Assembly: GCA_041487875.1 (NCBI GenBank)
Contig: JBGPOE010000009.1
Coordinates: forward strand, 3,836 to 67,835
DNA length: 64,000 nucleotides
Direction of reading: 5' to 3'
From: Gemmatimonadota bacterium
GTDB lineage: Bacteria; Gemmatimonadota; Gemmatimonadetes; Gemmatimonadales; GWC2-71-9
Shown here: positions 34,148-44,211 of the stretch, one piece after another
Layout of the letters: every line of letters begins with the position of its first letter
Position numbering within the stretch: position 1 is the stretch's first letter
Position numbers and translations under genes: made by a program
Notes under the pieces: generated by a model
Seen by the model: only the letters and a program-made list of their open reading frames with translations
Database searches by the model: none
Told to the model about the DNA's origin: nothing

Positions 34148-35478
34148 CGCCGGGCGACCGACACTCCCTCGAGCAGCAACGATGGGCTCCACCGCGAGCC
34201 CAGCCAGCGGCCGTCGCCGCCCGCGCCCCCGATACGCTGCAGCAGGTCGTACGCGTTTCCCGCCACCGCCGCATCCTTCACCCGCCCCGTGATTTGTCCC
34301 TGTTCGATGCGGTACGCGAGCGCTACCGGATGGCTGAACGCGCCACCCGCCACGTTGCCCTGCCCGACACCGATAAGATCGTCCACCACCAGGCCATCGG
34401 CGATGCCCGCCACCAGCCCGCCGCCGAACGTCGGGTCGTCCGCGGCTGGCCCGTCGTCCGCCACGCCGATCACGAGATTCGAATAGCCGATGTGCGGCTT
34501 CCCGAAGATGCCGCGCGCGCCATGGCCGGTGCTCGTGGCACCGCCAGCGACGCGGGCCGCCGTCTCCAGGTCGTAGACGAAGTGCCGCACCACACCTCCC
34601 GCGACGAGCGGCAACGCCGCCGAACGCACGCCTTCGTCGTCCACGGGGCGCGAGCCGGGGCGGCCCGAAACCACGGGATCGTCGGTGATGGAAAACCGCA
34701 GATCGAACGCCTGTTGACCGATCTTCCCGGCGAGCGGCGAGATGCCCTGGAGCACCGACTTGCCCGATAGCGCCTGCTGCAGGGGCAGCAGGATGGCCGC
34801 GAGGCCCGACGGCGTGAACACCACCGGCAGGGCGCCCTCGGGCGGCGGCGCCACGCGCAGCGCCAGATCCAACCGCGTCGTGATCGAGGCGACGAGTGCG
34901 TCCAGGTCGGCGGCGCCCGGCAGGCCGCAGCCCGTGTAGTAGTCGTAGACCATCAGGACATCGTCGCCGGCGATGCGCGTCAGGTCGGCGGCGACGGTGA
35001 GGGCGGTCGTCACGTAAGCGCCGTGGGCGCCCGCCGTGTTGGCGACTTCGGTCTCCGCCACTTCGCGCTCGATGGTGACGTTCACCTGGACGCCGTCGCG
35101 CGTGAGGCGCTCCAGCATCTCGCGGCCGATGCCGGTGAGCGCGTCGAGCGACACGTCGGCCACGGCGTCGAAGTAGGTCACCACGGGGGGATGCGGCGCG
35201 TTCCGCGGGAACGCCAGCTCGAGCGCCTCGCCCAGTTCGGCCGACGCCGCGGCCCGGTCCGCGAGCGCCTCCAGCTCGGCGTCGCCCGTAGCGGTCGTGC
35301 CCGCGACCCCCACTCGGCCGTTCTTTACCACGCGCAAGTTGATGCCCGCCTGCTCGCTCACGGCCGCGGCCTTGAGCCGGCCCGCCTCGAAGCTGATGGA
35401 CGTGGTGTCGGCGCGGCGGCGCAGCGCGTCGCCTTGCAGCCCGCGCCGCCGCAGCAGGTCGAGCAACGCCGGAATCAC
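34144..35478 (-). CDS. pmbA: PmbA/TldE-family metalloprotease subunit
   Basis: Trimmed to a GTG in a GTGA overlap with the tldD stop. C-terminal GGAFSHPVALAYRIEQGQITGRV is typical of TldD/PmbA. Confidence 0.8.
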   Translation of the reverse strand: MIPALLDLLRRRGLQGDALRRRADTTSISFEAGRLKAAAVSEQAGINLRVVKNGRVGVAGTTATGDAELEALADRAAASAELGEALELAFPRNAPHPPVVTYFDAVADVSLDALTGIGREMLERLTRDGVQVNVTIEREVAETEVANTAGAHGAYVTTALTVAADLTRIAGDDVLMVYDYYTGCGLPGAADLDALVASITTRLDLALRVAPPPEGALPVVFTPSGLAAILLPLQQALSGKSVLQGISPLAGKIGQQAFDLRFSITDDPVVSGRPGSRPVDDEGVRSAALPLVAGGVVRHFVYDLETAARVAGGATSTGHGARGIFGKPHIGYSNLVIGVADDGPAADDPTFGGGLVAGIADGLVVDDLIGVGQGNVAGGAFSHPVALAYRIEQGQITGRVKDAAVAGNAYDLLQRIGGAGGDGRWLGSRWSPSLLLEGVSVARR

Positions 35479-36854
35479 GCCGTCACATCGCCACCGACGA
35501 GCGCCTCCTCGATCCGCACGTGAGGCGCGCCCTCGGTGACCGCGAGGGGAAACTGTCCACCCTTGCCGCAGCCGCCGCCCATCTGATTCCACCGGAAGTC
35601 GCCCGCGATGCGCTCGATCCGGTCGAGCGTCTGGAACAGGTTGCCCGCGAGCACGACGTCCTTCACGAGCTCCGCCGGCCGCCCGTCGCGAATCATCCGC
35701 CCGTAGGCCGCCGTGAAGGAGAAGTTCTCGAGCATCGTCTGGCCGCCGAACGCGCCGCACGCGTAGACGCCCAGCTTGATGTCGCCGATTAGGTCCGCGA
35801 ACGTGCCCTGGCCGTTGGCGATGTAGGTGTTGGTCATGCGCACGATCGGCGGATGGCGGAAGGACAGGGCGCGCGCGTTGCCGGTAGGACGCTCGCCCAT
35901 GCGGGCGGCGGTCTCGCGCGAGTGCAGCCGGCCGACGAGGATGCCGTCCTTGATGAGCACCGTGTCCTGCGTGGGCGTGCCTTCGTCGTCGAACGGCAGC
36001 GTGCCGCGCAGGCCCGGCGCGGCGCCGTTGTCGCCGACCGTGAGCACCGGCCGGCCGAAGCGGCGTCCCAGCGTCATCATGTCGCGCGCCTGGGGATTCT
36101 CATAGACGAAGTCGGCCTCCGACAGGTGGCCGAACGCCTCGTGGATGAACACGCCGGCGAGCTCCGGATCGAGGATCACCGGATACGTCCCCCCGGCCAC
36201 GCGCGGCGCGTCGAGCAGGGCCACGGCCCGTTCCGCCACTTCGCGGAAGCCCTTGTCGTGTCCCGCCGCGCCATTCCACCCGCGCCGCAGCCCGATGGAC
36301 TCGAGTCCCTTCTCGATCGTGCCGTCGCGCCGGGCGGTGGCCGTACCGGAGAGGGTGATCTCGGGCCGCAGCTCGTGCAGGGCGGTGCCGTCGGAGTTGA
36401 CGTACCAGTACTCGGTGACCTCGTCGCGGTAGACCGCCTGCGTGTCCACGATGCCGCCCGCAACGGCGAGCATCAGGCCGTTGTAGCCTTCGATCAACCG
36501 CTTCTTCTCCGCGAGCGCAACGCCCCGCACGTCGCCGTCCAGATCCGCCACGACCTCCGCTTCCGTGGGCGCGACGGGAGCGAGGCGGATGGGTTCGTCC
36601 ACGCGGACCGCGCGCGACAACTCGTGGGCGCGGCCCACCATCGCGGGCAGCTGCTCGAGCGAGGTGAACGCGGCGATGCCCCAGCCGCACCCCTGGTTCA
36701 GGACGCGCACAAAGCCGCCCTGGTCTTCACTCGCCGTGGCCGTCTCGAGTCTTGGTCCCCGGAAGGACACCTGGGAGGCCCAGGTGCGTTCGACGCGAAT
36801 CTCGGTGTAGTCGGCGGGGGAGCGCCGCAGAGCGCCCGCGAGCCGGTCCCTCAA
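35475..36854 (-). CDS. tldD: TldD-family metalloprotease
   Basis: HEAFGHLSEADF metal-binding motif. The start is set at a TTG overlapping the upstream stop, so it is uncertain. Confidence 0.8.
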   Translation of the reverse strand: MRDRLAGALRRSPADYTEIRVERTWASQVSFRGPRLETATASEDQGGFVRVLNQGCGWGIAAFTSLEQLPAMVGRAHELSRAVRVDEPIRLAPVAPTEAEVVADLDGDVRGVALAEKKRLIEGYNGLMLAVAGGIVDTQAVYRDEVTEYWYVNSDGTALHELRPEITLSGTATARRDGTIEKGLESIGLRRGWNGAAGHDKGFREVAERAVALLDAPRVAGGTYPVILDPELAGVFIHEAFGHLSEADFVYENPQARDMMTLGRRFGRPVLTVGDNGAAPGLRGTLPFDDEGTPTQDTVLIKDGILVGRLHSRETAARMGERPTGNARALSFRHPPIVRMTNTYIANGQGTFADLIGDIKLGVYACGAFGGQTMLENFSFTAAYGRMIRDGRPAELVKDVVLAGNLFQTLDRIERIAGDFRWNQMGGGCGKGGQFPLAVTEGAPHVRIEEALVGGDVTA

Positions 36855-37333
36855 GCTCCGGGGCCCCGGAGAATCGCCGCGTAGTCCGGCCGCATCACGA
36901 TCTCGCCGTCCACGATGACCTCGCGGTCCCAGGGGAGGATGATGAAGTTCTCGGTCTCGAGAGCATGGAAGTCCGGCTTGTAGTCGCCGGTGCGGAAGGA
37001 AACGGCCGTCTTCACGGCCTGCGGCTTGAGCTCCTTCACCGCGGCGAGCGCCAGCTTCAGCGTCTCGCCGGAATCGCAGGTTTCGTCCACGATCAGCACG
37101 CGCCGGCCCGTAACCAGGCGGGGCGGCCCGGCGATGACCACGGGGCGGGCGCCGCTTGCGCTGCGGGTGATGGCGATCGAGGCGAAGTCGCGTTGCAGGA
37201 TGCTCGCCACCACGGCGCCCGGGATCACACCCGCCTTGGCGATGCCGACCACGAGATCGGGGTCGTAGGCGTGGAACACCTTGAGCGCCAACGCGCGGCA
37301 CAGCTCCCCGAAAAACGGCCAATCGACTTCCAT
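36851..37333 (-). CDS. Type I phosphoribosyltransferase (Gpt-like)
   Basis: MEVDWPFFGELCRALALKV..VLIVDETCDSGETL..ILPWDRE. A longer alternative start is at 37405. Confidence 0.75.
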   Translation of the reverse strand: MEVDWPFFGELCRALALKVFHAYDPDLVVGIAKAGVIPGAVVASILQRDFASIAITRSASGARPVVIAGPPRLVTGRRVLIVDETCDSGETLKLALAAVKELKPQAVKTAVSFRTGDYKPDFHALETENFIILPWDREVIVDGEIVMRPDYAAILRGPGA

Positions 37334-37419
37334 GACTCCGGAAGGCGCTTGGCGGCCGACACGACCGCTCTTGCGCGGCGCCGGGAACGGCGGGACGGGG
37401 GCCATCGGCGGAAGCTACA

Positions 37420-37449
37420 TTGCGTAAGGGAAAGGCCGCAAGCTATTTT
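37420..37449 (+). promoter_or_regulatory. Candidate promoter TTGCGT-N17/18-(C)TATTT(T) directing a leaderless mRNA
   Basis: -35 at 37420-37425 and -10 at 37443-37449. The ATG is at 37456, 6-7 nt downstream. Confidence 0.35.
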
Positions 37450-37455
37450 CGGCCC

Positions 37456-37917
37456 ATGGGTTTCTGGCGCCGCCTGTTCGGCGGCACGTCCGACGACGAG
37501 CTCAAACCCCAGCGTCTCGATTACCTGAACGAGGCGCTCGCGCTCGAGCGGCAGGGCGACTATGAGGCCGCCCTGACCTCCTACCGTCTCGCGCTGCGCG
37601 ATCATCCCAATGACGCGCGCATCCTGCAGAACATGGCGATCGCGTTCACCAAGACGGGCCGTCTCGACGAAGCGATTCGCCATTACCGCCGCGCGCTGGA
37701 GCTCGACACGCTGCTGGCGGGCGCGCACTACGGCCTCGCGTTCCTGTTGCTGAAGCGCGGCGATCCCGACGGCGCAACGCAGCACTTGCGCGCCTTCCTG
37801 GCCCACCCGCCGAGAGGCGCCGACGCCCAGAAATGGGTCGAGCACGCCACACAGGCGCTGCGCGACCTCGGTTCGGGGCCCGGTCCCGCCGCCGCCGTTT
37901 CCGCGGAGGCGCCCTGA
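37456..37917 (+). CDS. TPR-repeat protein
   Basis: YLNEALALERQGDYEAALTSYRLALRDHPNDARILQNMAIAFTKTGRLDEAIRHYRRALELD. Confidence 0.7.
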   Translation: MGFWRRLFGGTSDDELKPQRLDYLNEALALERQGDYEAALTSYRLALRDHPNDARILQNMAIAFTKTGRLDEAIRHYRRALELDTLLAGAHYGLAFLLLKRGDPDGATQHLRAFLAHPPRGADAQKWVEHATQALRDLGSGPGPAAAVSAEAP

Positions 37918-37931
37918 CGGAACGCCCGCGG

Positions 37932-38624
37932 GTGGGCGGGCTCGCGCTCGCCCTCTTCGCCGGTCTCGCGTGGGCCTGCGGCAGTCTCAGCACCGACTTG
38001 AACCAGGTCGTGGCCATCGAGGTGTCGCTGCCCAACGGCGGGAATGTGGAACTGGGCGACACCTTGGTGCCGGCCGCGCGCGCGCTGGACGGGCGCGGCG
38101 ATTCGGTGGCGGCCACGATCTACTGGACGAGCCTCGACACCGCACATGTCACTGTGCTCGACAGCACCACCGGTGCCACCTTCGGCAAGGCAAACGGCGG
38201 CGGCGCGATCCAGGCCCGCGTCGGCAACCTGCGCTCCAACGCCCTGGCCATCACGGTCTTGGCGGCGGCGGATACCGTCGTCGCCGTCGGCCCGACGCGG
38301 GATTCCGTTTCGGTGGTTGGCAAGACGGACTCGCTGTCGGACACGCTCAAAGTGGAAGTGGGCGACACCACCGGCGGCGTCATCACCGGGTTGGCCAACC
38401 GCCGGGTATTGTTTCAGATCACCTATCCGACGGACACCAGCGCGTTCACATTAGTGCCGGGCGACACGGTGCTCACGAGTGTGGGAGGGATCGCCGCCCT
38501 GCGGGTGAGGCTCAAGTCCCGCGCGCTGCCGGACTCGGTCGTGGTGAGCGCCACGGCGCGGCGCCTGCGAGGCGCCGCCATTCCCGGATCCCCGATCACG
38601 TTCACGGTGATATTCGCGCCATGA
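37932..38624 (+). CDS. Lipoprotein with Ig-like (Big_2-type) repeats
   Basis: GTG start. Lipobox LFAGLAWACGS. Repeated beta-rich segments resembling bacterial Ig-like domains. Confidence 0.55.
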   Translation: MGGLALALFAGLAWACGSLSTDLNQVVAIEVSLPNGGNVELGDTLVPAARALDGRGDSVAATIYWTSLDTAHVTVLDSTTGATFGKANGGGAIQARVGNLRSNALAITVLAAADTVVAVGPTRDSVSVVGKTDSLSDTLKVEVGDTTGGVITGLANRRVLFQITYPTDTSAFTLVPGDTVLTSVGGIAALRVRLKSRALPDSVVVSATARRLRGAAIPGSPITFTVIFAP

Positions 38625-40441
38625 CGCAGGGCACGCTCACGCATCTCTTCTTCGACGCGGTGGACCGCTGGGCGGCGACGCACCCGGCGGCCTATCGCGT
38701 GAAGACGGGCGGCGCGTGGCGCTCGATCACCCACCGCGAGGCCGAGACCCGCGTGCGCGCGGCCTCGCTGGGCCTGCGCGAGCTGGGCATCAAGCCGGGT
38801 GACCGCGTGTCGATTCTTTCCGAGACGCGGCCCGAGTGGGCCATCGCGGACTTCGCCTGTCTGTGCGCGCAGGCGGCCGACGTGCCCATCTACCCCACGC
38901 TCACGGCCAAGCAAACCGAGTACATCCTGAAGGACTCGGGTGCGATCGCGGTGTTTTGCTCCACCGCCGATCAGGTCGCCAAGGTTCTCTCCATCAAGGC
39001 GAACCTGCCGCAGCTGCGGCACGTGATCGCGTTCGCCGAAGGCGCCAAGCAAGAAGGCGTGCGGACGCTGGCCGAGCTCGAGGCGTCGGGGCGCGCGGCG
39101 CAAGCCAGGTATCCGCGGTTCCGCGAGGAAGCCCTCGCGGTGAAACCCGGGGCGCTGGCCACGTTGATTTACACGTCCGGCACCACCGGCGACCCCAAGG
39201 GCGTGATCCTGACGCACAACAACATCTGGTCCAACGTGCAGGCCGCGGTGCACATCCTGCCGCTGGTGGAGGGCGACGAGTGCCTGGCGATGCTGCCGCT
39301 CAGCCACATCTACGAGCGGATGGTGGACTATACGCTGCTGCAGGCCGGCGTGGTGATCAATTACGCCGAGTCGTTCGACACGGTCGCGCAGAATCTTCAA
39401 GAGGTGAAGCCCACCATCGTCTTGTCGGTGCCGCGGCTGTATGAGAAGGTCTACGCCCGCGTGCTCGAGAGCGCGATGTCGGGCAGCGCCATCAAGCGGC
39501 AGATCTTCTTCTGGGCGCGCGGCGTGGGCGACCGTTGGGCCACGTTCAAGCTGGCGTTGCTTCCCGTGCCGTCGTTGCTGGCGCTGCAGCGCCTGGTGGC
39601 GGACCGGCTGGTGTTCGCCAAGCTCAGGGCGCGCACCGGCGGGCGGGTGAAGTATTTCATCTCGGGCAGCGCCGCACTCTCGGCCGAGATCGCGAAGTTC
39701 TTCTTCAGCGCGGGCCTGCCGATCCTCGAGGGCTACGGCCTCACCGAAACGTCGCCGGTGCTGACGCTCAACCCGCCCCAGCGGCCCAAGCCCGGCACGG
39801 TGGGTCCGCCGGTCGAGGGCGTACAGCTGAAGTTTGCGGCGGACGGCGAGATTCTCGCCAAGGGCCCGAACGTCATGCAGGGCTATTACAACAAGCCCGA
39901 GGCGACCAAGGAAGCGATCGACGCGGACGGCTGGTTCCACACCGGCGACATCGGCGAGCTCGACGCCGACGGCTACCTGAAGATCACTGACCGCAAGAAG
40001 GACCTGATCAAGACGGCGGGCGGCAAGTACATCGCGCCGCAGCCGATCGAGAACACGGTGAAGCTGAACAAGTTCATCGCCAACGCGGTGGTGCTGGGCG
40101 AGCGGCGCAAGTATCCCTGCATTCTGATCGTGCCGAACTTCGACACGCTCGAGAAATGGGCGCGGGAGCGTAGTCTCACGTTCCACTCGCACAGCGAGCT
40201 GATCGCGCTGCCCGACGTGAAGGCCAAGGTGGAGCGCGAGGTGATGGGGATGCTGCGCGATCTCGCCAAATTCGAGATGCCGAAGAAAGTCATCCTGCTG
40301 GAGAAGGACTTCACCATCGAATCGGGCGAGTTGACGCCGACGCTCAAGGTGAAGCGGCGGGCCGTGGAGCAGCATTACAAAGAGTTGATCGACAAGAGCT
40401 ACGCGGCGGACGACCCGACGACGGCGGCGATCGAAGGCTAG
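38621..40441 (+). CDS. Long-chain acyl-CoA ligase (AMP-forming)
   Basis: ATG in an ATGA overlap. YTSGTTGDPKGV, GYGLTETS and WFHTGDIGELD..ITDRKKDLIKT. Confidence 0.9.
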   Translation: MTQGTLTHLFFDAVDRWAATHPAAYRVKTGGAWRSITHREAETRVRAASLGLRELGIKPGDRVSILSETRPEWAIADFACLCAQAADVPIYPTLTAKQTEYILKDSGAIAVFCSTADQVAKVLSIKANLPQLRHVIAFAEGAKQEGVRTLAELEASGRAAQARYPRFREEALAVKPGALATLIYTSGTTGDPKGVILTHNNIWSNVQAAVHILPLVEGDECLAMLPLSHIYERMVDYTLLQAGVVINYAESFDTVAQNLQEVKPTIVLSVPRLYEKVYARVLESAMSGSAIKRQIFFWARGVGDRWATFKLALLPVPSLLALQRLVADRLVFAKLRARTGGRVKYFISGSAALSAEIAKFFFSAGLPILEGYGLTETSPVLTLNPPQRPKPGTVGPPVEGVQLKFAADGEILAKGPNVMQGYYNKPEATKEAIDADGWFHTGDIGELDADGYLKITDRKKDLIKTAGGKYIAPQPIENTVKLNKFIANAVVLGERRKYPCILIVPNFDTLEKWARERSLTFHSHSELIALPDVKAKVEREVMGMLRDLAKFEMPKKVILLEKDFTIESGELTPTLKVKRRAVEQHYKELIDKSYAADDPTTAAIEG

Positions 40442-40445
40442 GCGG

Positions 40446-41042
40446 CTAACGCTTCTCTCCGACGGAGAGGCCCTGCCCTGCAGCCAGTTTCGCAATTCCC
40501 TCCGGCAATTCCACCGCTTCACTCTCCACCACCCAGCGCCGGCCCGGCAACAACACCCGCCGGGCTTCCACGAGCCAGGGCGCGCGCGCCAGGTCCGCGC
40601 CCACCACCACGCCGCGCGCGATGGTCTGCCGCAGCGGAATCGCCTTGCCCGACCGGACCAGGGAGAGGCCCGGCAGCTCCGCCACGTCCGGCGGCGCATT
40701 GACCCCGACGAAGTGCACCCCACCCATCAGCGCGGCGAGTCCCACCGCGTGGCGCGCCGCCTCACCGACCAGCACGACGTAGCCGCCGGGGCCGGAGAGT
40801 TCGAGCAGGGCCTGAAGAGTTGCCGGGTCGGTGCGTGGTGCGTGGTGCGTGGTCGCCGACGGTTCAGGAGCCGCACCGAAATCGACCACACCGTTCTTGA
40901 TGACATACTCCCGGTGACACACCGAGCATCCCGCGATCCCCGACCGCACCATCCTGCCGACCATCTCCCCCGTCGACAGGACGATGAACCCGTCGGCGTG
41001 AGGCTCGGGGCAGCGCAACATCTCCGCGAGTTCGATATGCAC
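40446..41042 (-). CDS. Trm112-like zinc-ribbon N-terminus fused to an uncharacterised alpha/beta domain
   Basis: LRCPEPH..CSVCHREYVIKNGVVDFG, followed by about 130 aa. Confidence 0.5.
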   Translation of the reverse strand: MHIELAEMLRCPEPHADGFIVLSTGEMVGRMVRSGIAGCSVCHREYVIKNGVVDFGAAPEPSATTHHAPRTDPATLQALLELSGPGGYVVLVGEAARHAVGLAALMGGVHFVGVNAPPDVAELPGLSLVRSGKAIPLRQTIARGVVVGADLARAPWLVEARRVLLPGRRWVVESEAVELPEGIAKLAAGQGLSVGEKR

Positions 41043-41048
41043 GGAACC

Positions 41049-42845
41049 TCAGGGCCGGAATTCGACCCAGGTCACCTTACCTGCGTCGACGCGAATTCGG
41101 CGATACACCTTCTTGCCCTCGATCTCGACGCCGAGCGTGTATTCGCCCGGGGGGACGTCGCCGACCGCGAAGTGCTCCTGATACACGGGATCGGGATAGT
41201 TATGCTGGCCGTAGGTCTCCGCGTAGGAGTACGGCGTCTCCTGCGGCTCGAACTTGATCAGGCCGTAGACCCGCGCTTGCTGCACGGGCTGGCCATGCGA
41301 ATCCCACACCTGCCCCGCCACCACGCCAGTCCCCGGCAGCGGGGCGATCCACAGCTCCGGATTGGTCGTGTAGCGGGGGTAGCGCTCGTTCGGGTCCACG
41401 ATCAGCGGGACCGAGTCCACGGGCGACGCGTGCACCTCGAGGTGCAGGTGATCGTTGGTCGCGCGGCCGGTGTTGCCGACGAGCGAGATGACGTCCCCGC
41501 CTTTGACGGTGTCACCGACCTTCACCAGCAGCCGCGTGTTGTGGTAGTAGACGGAGAAGACGAACAGGCGTCGTCCGTTGGCCGTCCGCAGTCTTCTGTC
41601 GTGCCTGATCGCCACCGTGTTGGCACCCGCCTCGGCCGGCCCCGAGAATACCACCACGCCGTCGCCGATGGCATGGACGGGTGTGCCGTCGGCGTTATTG
41701 AACTCGACGCCCTGGTGCTGTTGGAAGTAGCCGCCCATGGTCGAGCCGTAGCGGTACGTCTGATCGATGTACGGCTGGTCGCTGACCGCGATGGGGCGGC
41801 GGAACCAGGTGTGGCGGAGAGCCTGGATGGAAGCCGCCCACGGCCGCCGAAAGAGGCAGTCCCGGTGGGACAGCACCATCGGCGTCACCGTCAGTCCATC
41901 GGCCCAACCGGTGAGGACCGAGTCGCCGGCCAGGGGCAAGGCGGACGTGCGGGCGCCGCAGCCGCTCGCGCCCGCGACGACGTGCAGCGAGTCCTCGGCG
42001 GTGAACAACGCCTGCACGGGCAACGAGGCCAGCGCGGGGCCCCAGCCGCCGAACTCCGGCCCGAAGCGATACACGCCCCGTTCCGTTCCCACCCAGAACC
42101 GATTCTTGGAATCCACCAGGAGCGCCCGCGCGCGGTTCACGCATCCCTGCCCCGCGCACGGCGGCGGCGCGAAATGCTCGTGCCAGCTGCGCCCGCCGTC
42201 GGGCGAGTGGCCGAGTCCCTGCAGCGTGCTGATCCAGAGATTCGGCCCGGGGAATTGGCCCGAGCCCTGGAAGGCCGTGATCGCGAGCACGTATTGGTTC
42301 TGGATCCTGCCGAGCACCGGCTCGGTCGTCGTGGTGGCCCCGGTCGAATCGGTGATCACGACCCAGGTTTGGCCGTCGTCGCCCGTGACCTTGATGCCGT
42401 CGGCGGTGGCGATGTAGGTCGTGTCGCCCAGGGTGACGACGCCGTTGGGCGCCACGTACTGCCATTCGGGGCCGAGATGGTTGAACTCCCAGTTGCGCCA
42501 CGTCTTGCCGCCGTCGGTCGAGACGCCCCAACCGTTGCCGACGGTGCCGTACCAGACCTCCCCCTTGGGCCCGAAGGCGAGCGCGTGCACGAAGTCGAAC
42601 GAGATCGAATGCGCGGCCGTATCGCGGGAGCGCGTGATGTGCTCCCACGCCGCCGCGTTTTTTCTGAGCACGTAGATCCCGTCGCCGTACGTGCCGACCC
42701 AGATCGCCGAATCGGGCGCGCGCGCGAGGGCCAACACGTGCACGCCGAACCCGGTGCTGTCGGGCAACGAGGGAATGGATTGCGCGGAGAGCGAGGCCGC
42801 CATCAGCATCGCACCGCCAACACCCACGCACCACACACGACGCAT
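41049..42845 (-). CDS. Secreted M23 peptidase with N-terminal propeller-like repeats and C-terminal beta-sandwich
   Basis: Trimmed to the ATG at 42845 (signal MRRVWCVGVGGAMLMAASLSAQ). BNR/propeller-like DGGKTW, DDGQTW and DGGRSW. M23 core HQGVEFN..GNTGRATNDHLHLEV. Confidence 0.8.
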   Translation of the reverse strand: MRRVWCVGVGGAMLMAASLSAQSIPSLPDSTGFGVHVLALARAPDSAIWVGTYGDGIYVLRKNAAAWEHITRSRDTAAHSISFDFVHALAFGPKGEVWYGTVGNGWGVSTDGGKTWRNWEFNHLGPEWQYVAPNGVVTLGDTTYIATADGIKVTGDDGQTWVVITDSTGATTTTEPVLGRIQNQYVLAITAFQGSGQFPGPNLWISTLQGLGHSPDGGRSWHEHFAPPPCAGQGCVNRARALLVDSKNRFWVGTERGVYRFGPEFGGWGPALASLPVQALFTAEDSLHVVAGASGCGARTSALPLAGDSVLTGWADGLTVTPMVLSHRDCLFRRPWAASIQALRHTWFRRPIAVSDQPYIDQTYRYGSTMGGYFQQHQGVEFNNADGTPVHAIGDGVVVFSGPAEAGANTVAIRHDRRLRTANGRRLFVFSVYYHNTRLLVKVGDTVKGGDVISLVGNTGRATNDHLHLEVHASPVDSVPLIVDPNERYPRYTTNPELWIAPLPGTGVVAGQVWDSHGQPVQQARVYGLIKFEPQETPYSYAETYGQHNYPDPVYQEHFAVGDVPPGEYTLGVEIEGKKVYRRIRVDAGKVTWVEFRP

Positions 42846-42853
42846 TCTGTCTC

Positions 42854-43573
42854 CTAGCCTCGAGGACTGTATCTCCCGGGCATCAACCGGATCTCCGTCA
42901 CATCGACGCGCGGGGCCCTCGTCACTGCCCACAGCACCGCCTCCGCCACGTCCTCGGCGCGCATCATGTCGCGCCGCTTGGTGAACCCCGGCTTCGAGTC
43001 GGGGTCGATTTCGTCCCAGATCTCCGTGTCCACGGGACCGGGTGAGATGAGCGTCGCGCGCACGCCTGTGCCCGCGAGCTCCGCCTTGATCACGTCGTGC
43101 ATGCCGCGCAATCCGTACTTGCTCGCCGCGTAGGCCGTCGAGCCCGGAAAGCCCACGTGATCGGACACCGAGCCGATGGTCACGAGGTGGCCGCTGCCCT
43201 TCTTCTTGAGGTGCGGCACGAGCGCACGGGCCAGCAGGAACGGCCCGGTGAGATTCACGGCGATGGTGTTCGCGAAATCGGCGAGTGTGGTGTCTTCGAT
43301 GGGCCGCACGAAAAAGACGCCGGCGTTGTTGACCACGATGTCCGGCACGCCCACATCGCGCAGCACGCGGGCGACGGCTCCGTCCACCGAGCCCGCGTCC
43401 GCCAAGTCGCACGGAATGTCGGTCTGCCGCTCGGCAGAGCCCTCGACCAGCGAGCGGGCCAAGCGGACGACGTGGGCGCCCGCGGCGCGCAGCTCGTCGG
43501 CCACGGCGAGCCCGATGCCGCGCGACGCGCCCGTGACGATCGCGACCTTGCCCGCGAGCGCCGGCGCACTCAC
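42854..43573 (-). CDS. Short-chain dehydrogenase/reductase (possible sepiapterin/pteridine reductase)
   Basis: GTG in a GTGA overlap with the folE stop. TGASRGIG and YAASKYG (YxxxK). Confidence 0.8.
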   Translation of the reverse strand: MSAPALAGKVAIVTGASRGIGLAVADELRAAGAHVVRLARSLVEGSAERQTDIPCDLADAGSVDGAVARVLRDVGVPDIVVNNAGVFFVRPIEDTTLADFANTIAVNLTGPFLLARALVPHLKKKGSGHLVTIGSVSDHVGFPGSTAYAASKYGLRGMHDVIKAELAGTGVRATLISPGPVDTEIWDEIDPDSKPGFTKRRDMMRAEDVAEAVLWAVTRAPRVDVTEIRLMPGRYSPRG

Positions 43574-44208
43574 GGCAGCGAGTACCCGCCGTGCACCAAG
43601 CGGAAGAACTCGTCGCGCGTCTTGGCGTCTTCCCGGAACGCCCCGCGCAGGCCGGAGGTCACCGTCTTCGAGTTTTGCTTCTCGACCCCGCGCATCATCA
43701 TGCAGAGGTGATACGCTTCGACCACCACGCCGACGCCGTGCGGCTGCAGCACGCGCATCAGGGCGTCCGCGATCTGATCGGTGAGGCGCTCCTGCACCTG
43801 GAGGCGGCGGGCGAATACTTCGACCACGCGCGGAATCTTCGACAGACCCACGATCTTGCCGTTGGGCAGGTAGGCGACGTGGGCCCGGCCGAAGAACGGC
43901 AGCATGTGGTGCTCGCACAGCGAATAGATCTCGATGTCGCGCACGCAAATCATGTTCTCGTGCTTCTCGTGGAAGATCGCGTCGCCGATCACGTCTTCCA
44001 CCTGCATGTGATAGCCGCGCGTCAGCCACTTGAGCGACGCCTCCACCCGCGCCGGCGTCTCGCGCAGCCCCTCGCGTTTGGGGTCCTCGCCCAGCTGCTC
44101 GAGTATTTCGTGCACCAGCCGCTCGAACGGAATGCGCACCACGGTGGGCTCGGTGTGCGATTCGTGAAAGCTGTGCTGGCTGGCGGACTTCATCTGATCA
44201 CGGGCCAT
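43570..44208 (-). CDS. folE: GTP cyclohydrolase I (FolE type I)
   Basis: [30 protein letters not shown]. Confidence 0.93.
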   Translation of the reverse strand: MARDQMKSASQHSFHESHTEPTVVRIPFERLVHEILEQLGEDPKREGLRETPARVEASLKWLTRGYHMQVEDVIGDAIFHEKHENMICVRDIEIYSLCEHHMLPFFGRAHVAYLPNGKIVGLSKIPRVVEVFARRLQVQERLTDQIADALMRVLQPHGVGVVVEAYHLCMMMRGVEKQNSKTVTSGLRGAFREDAKTRDEFFRLVHGGYSLP

Positions 44209-44211
44209 GGC

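Noticed and set aside
34144-36854. TldD/PmbA pair as part of a RiPP or microcin maturation cluster.
   Set aside because: No precursor peptide, cyclodehydratase or exporter is adjacent. The neighbours are a V4R protein and a phosphoribosyltransferase. The TldD/PmbA pair is a widespread housekeeping pair.
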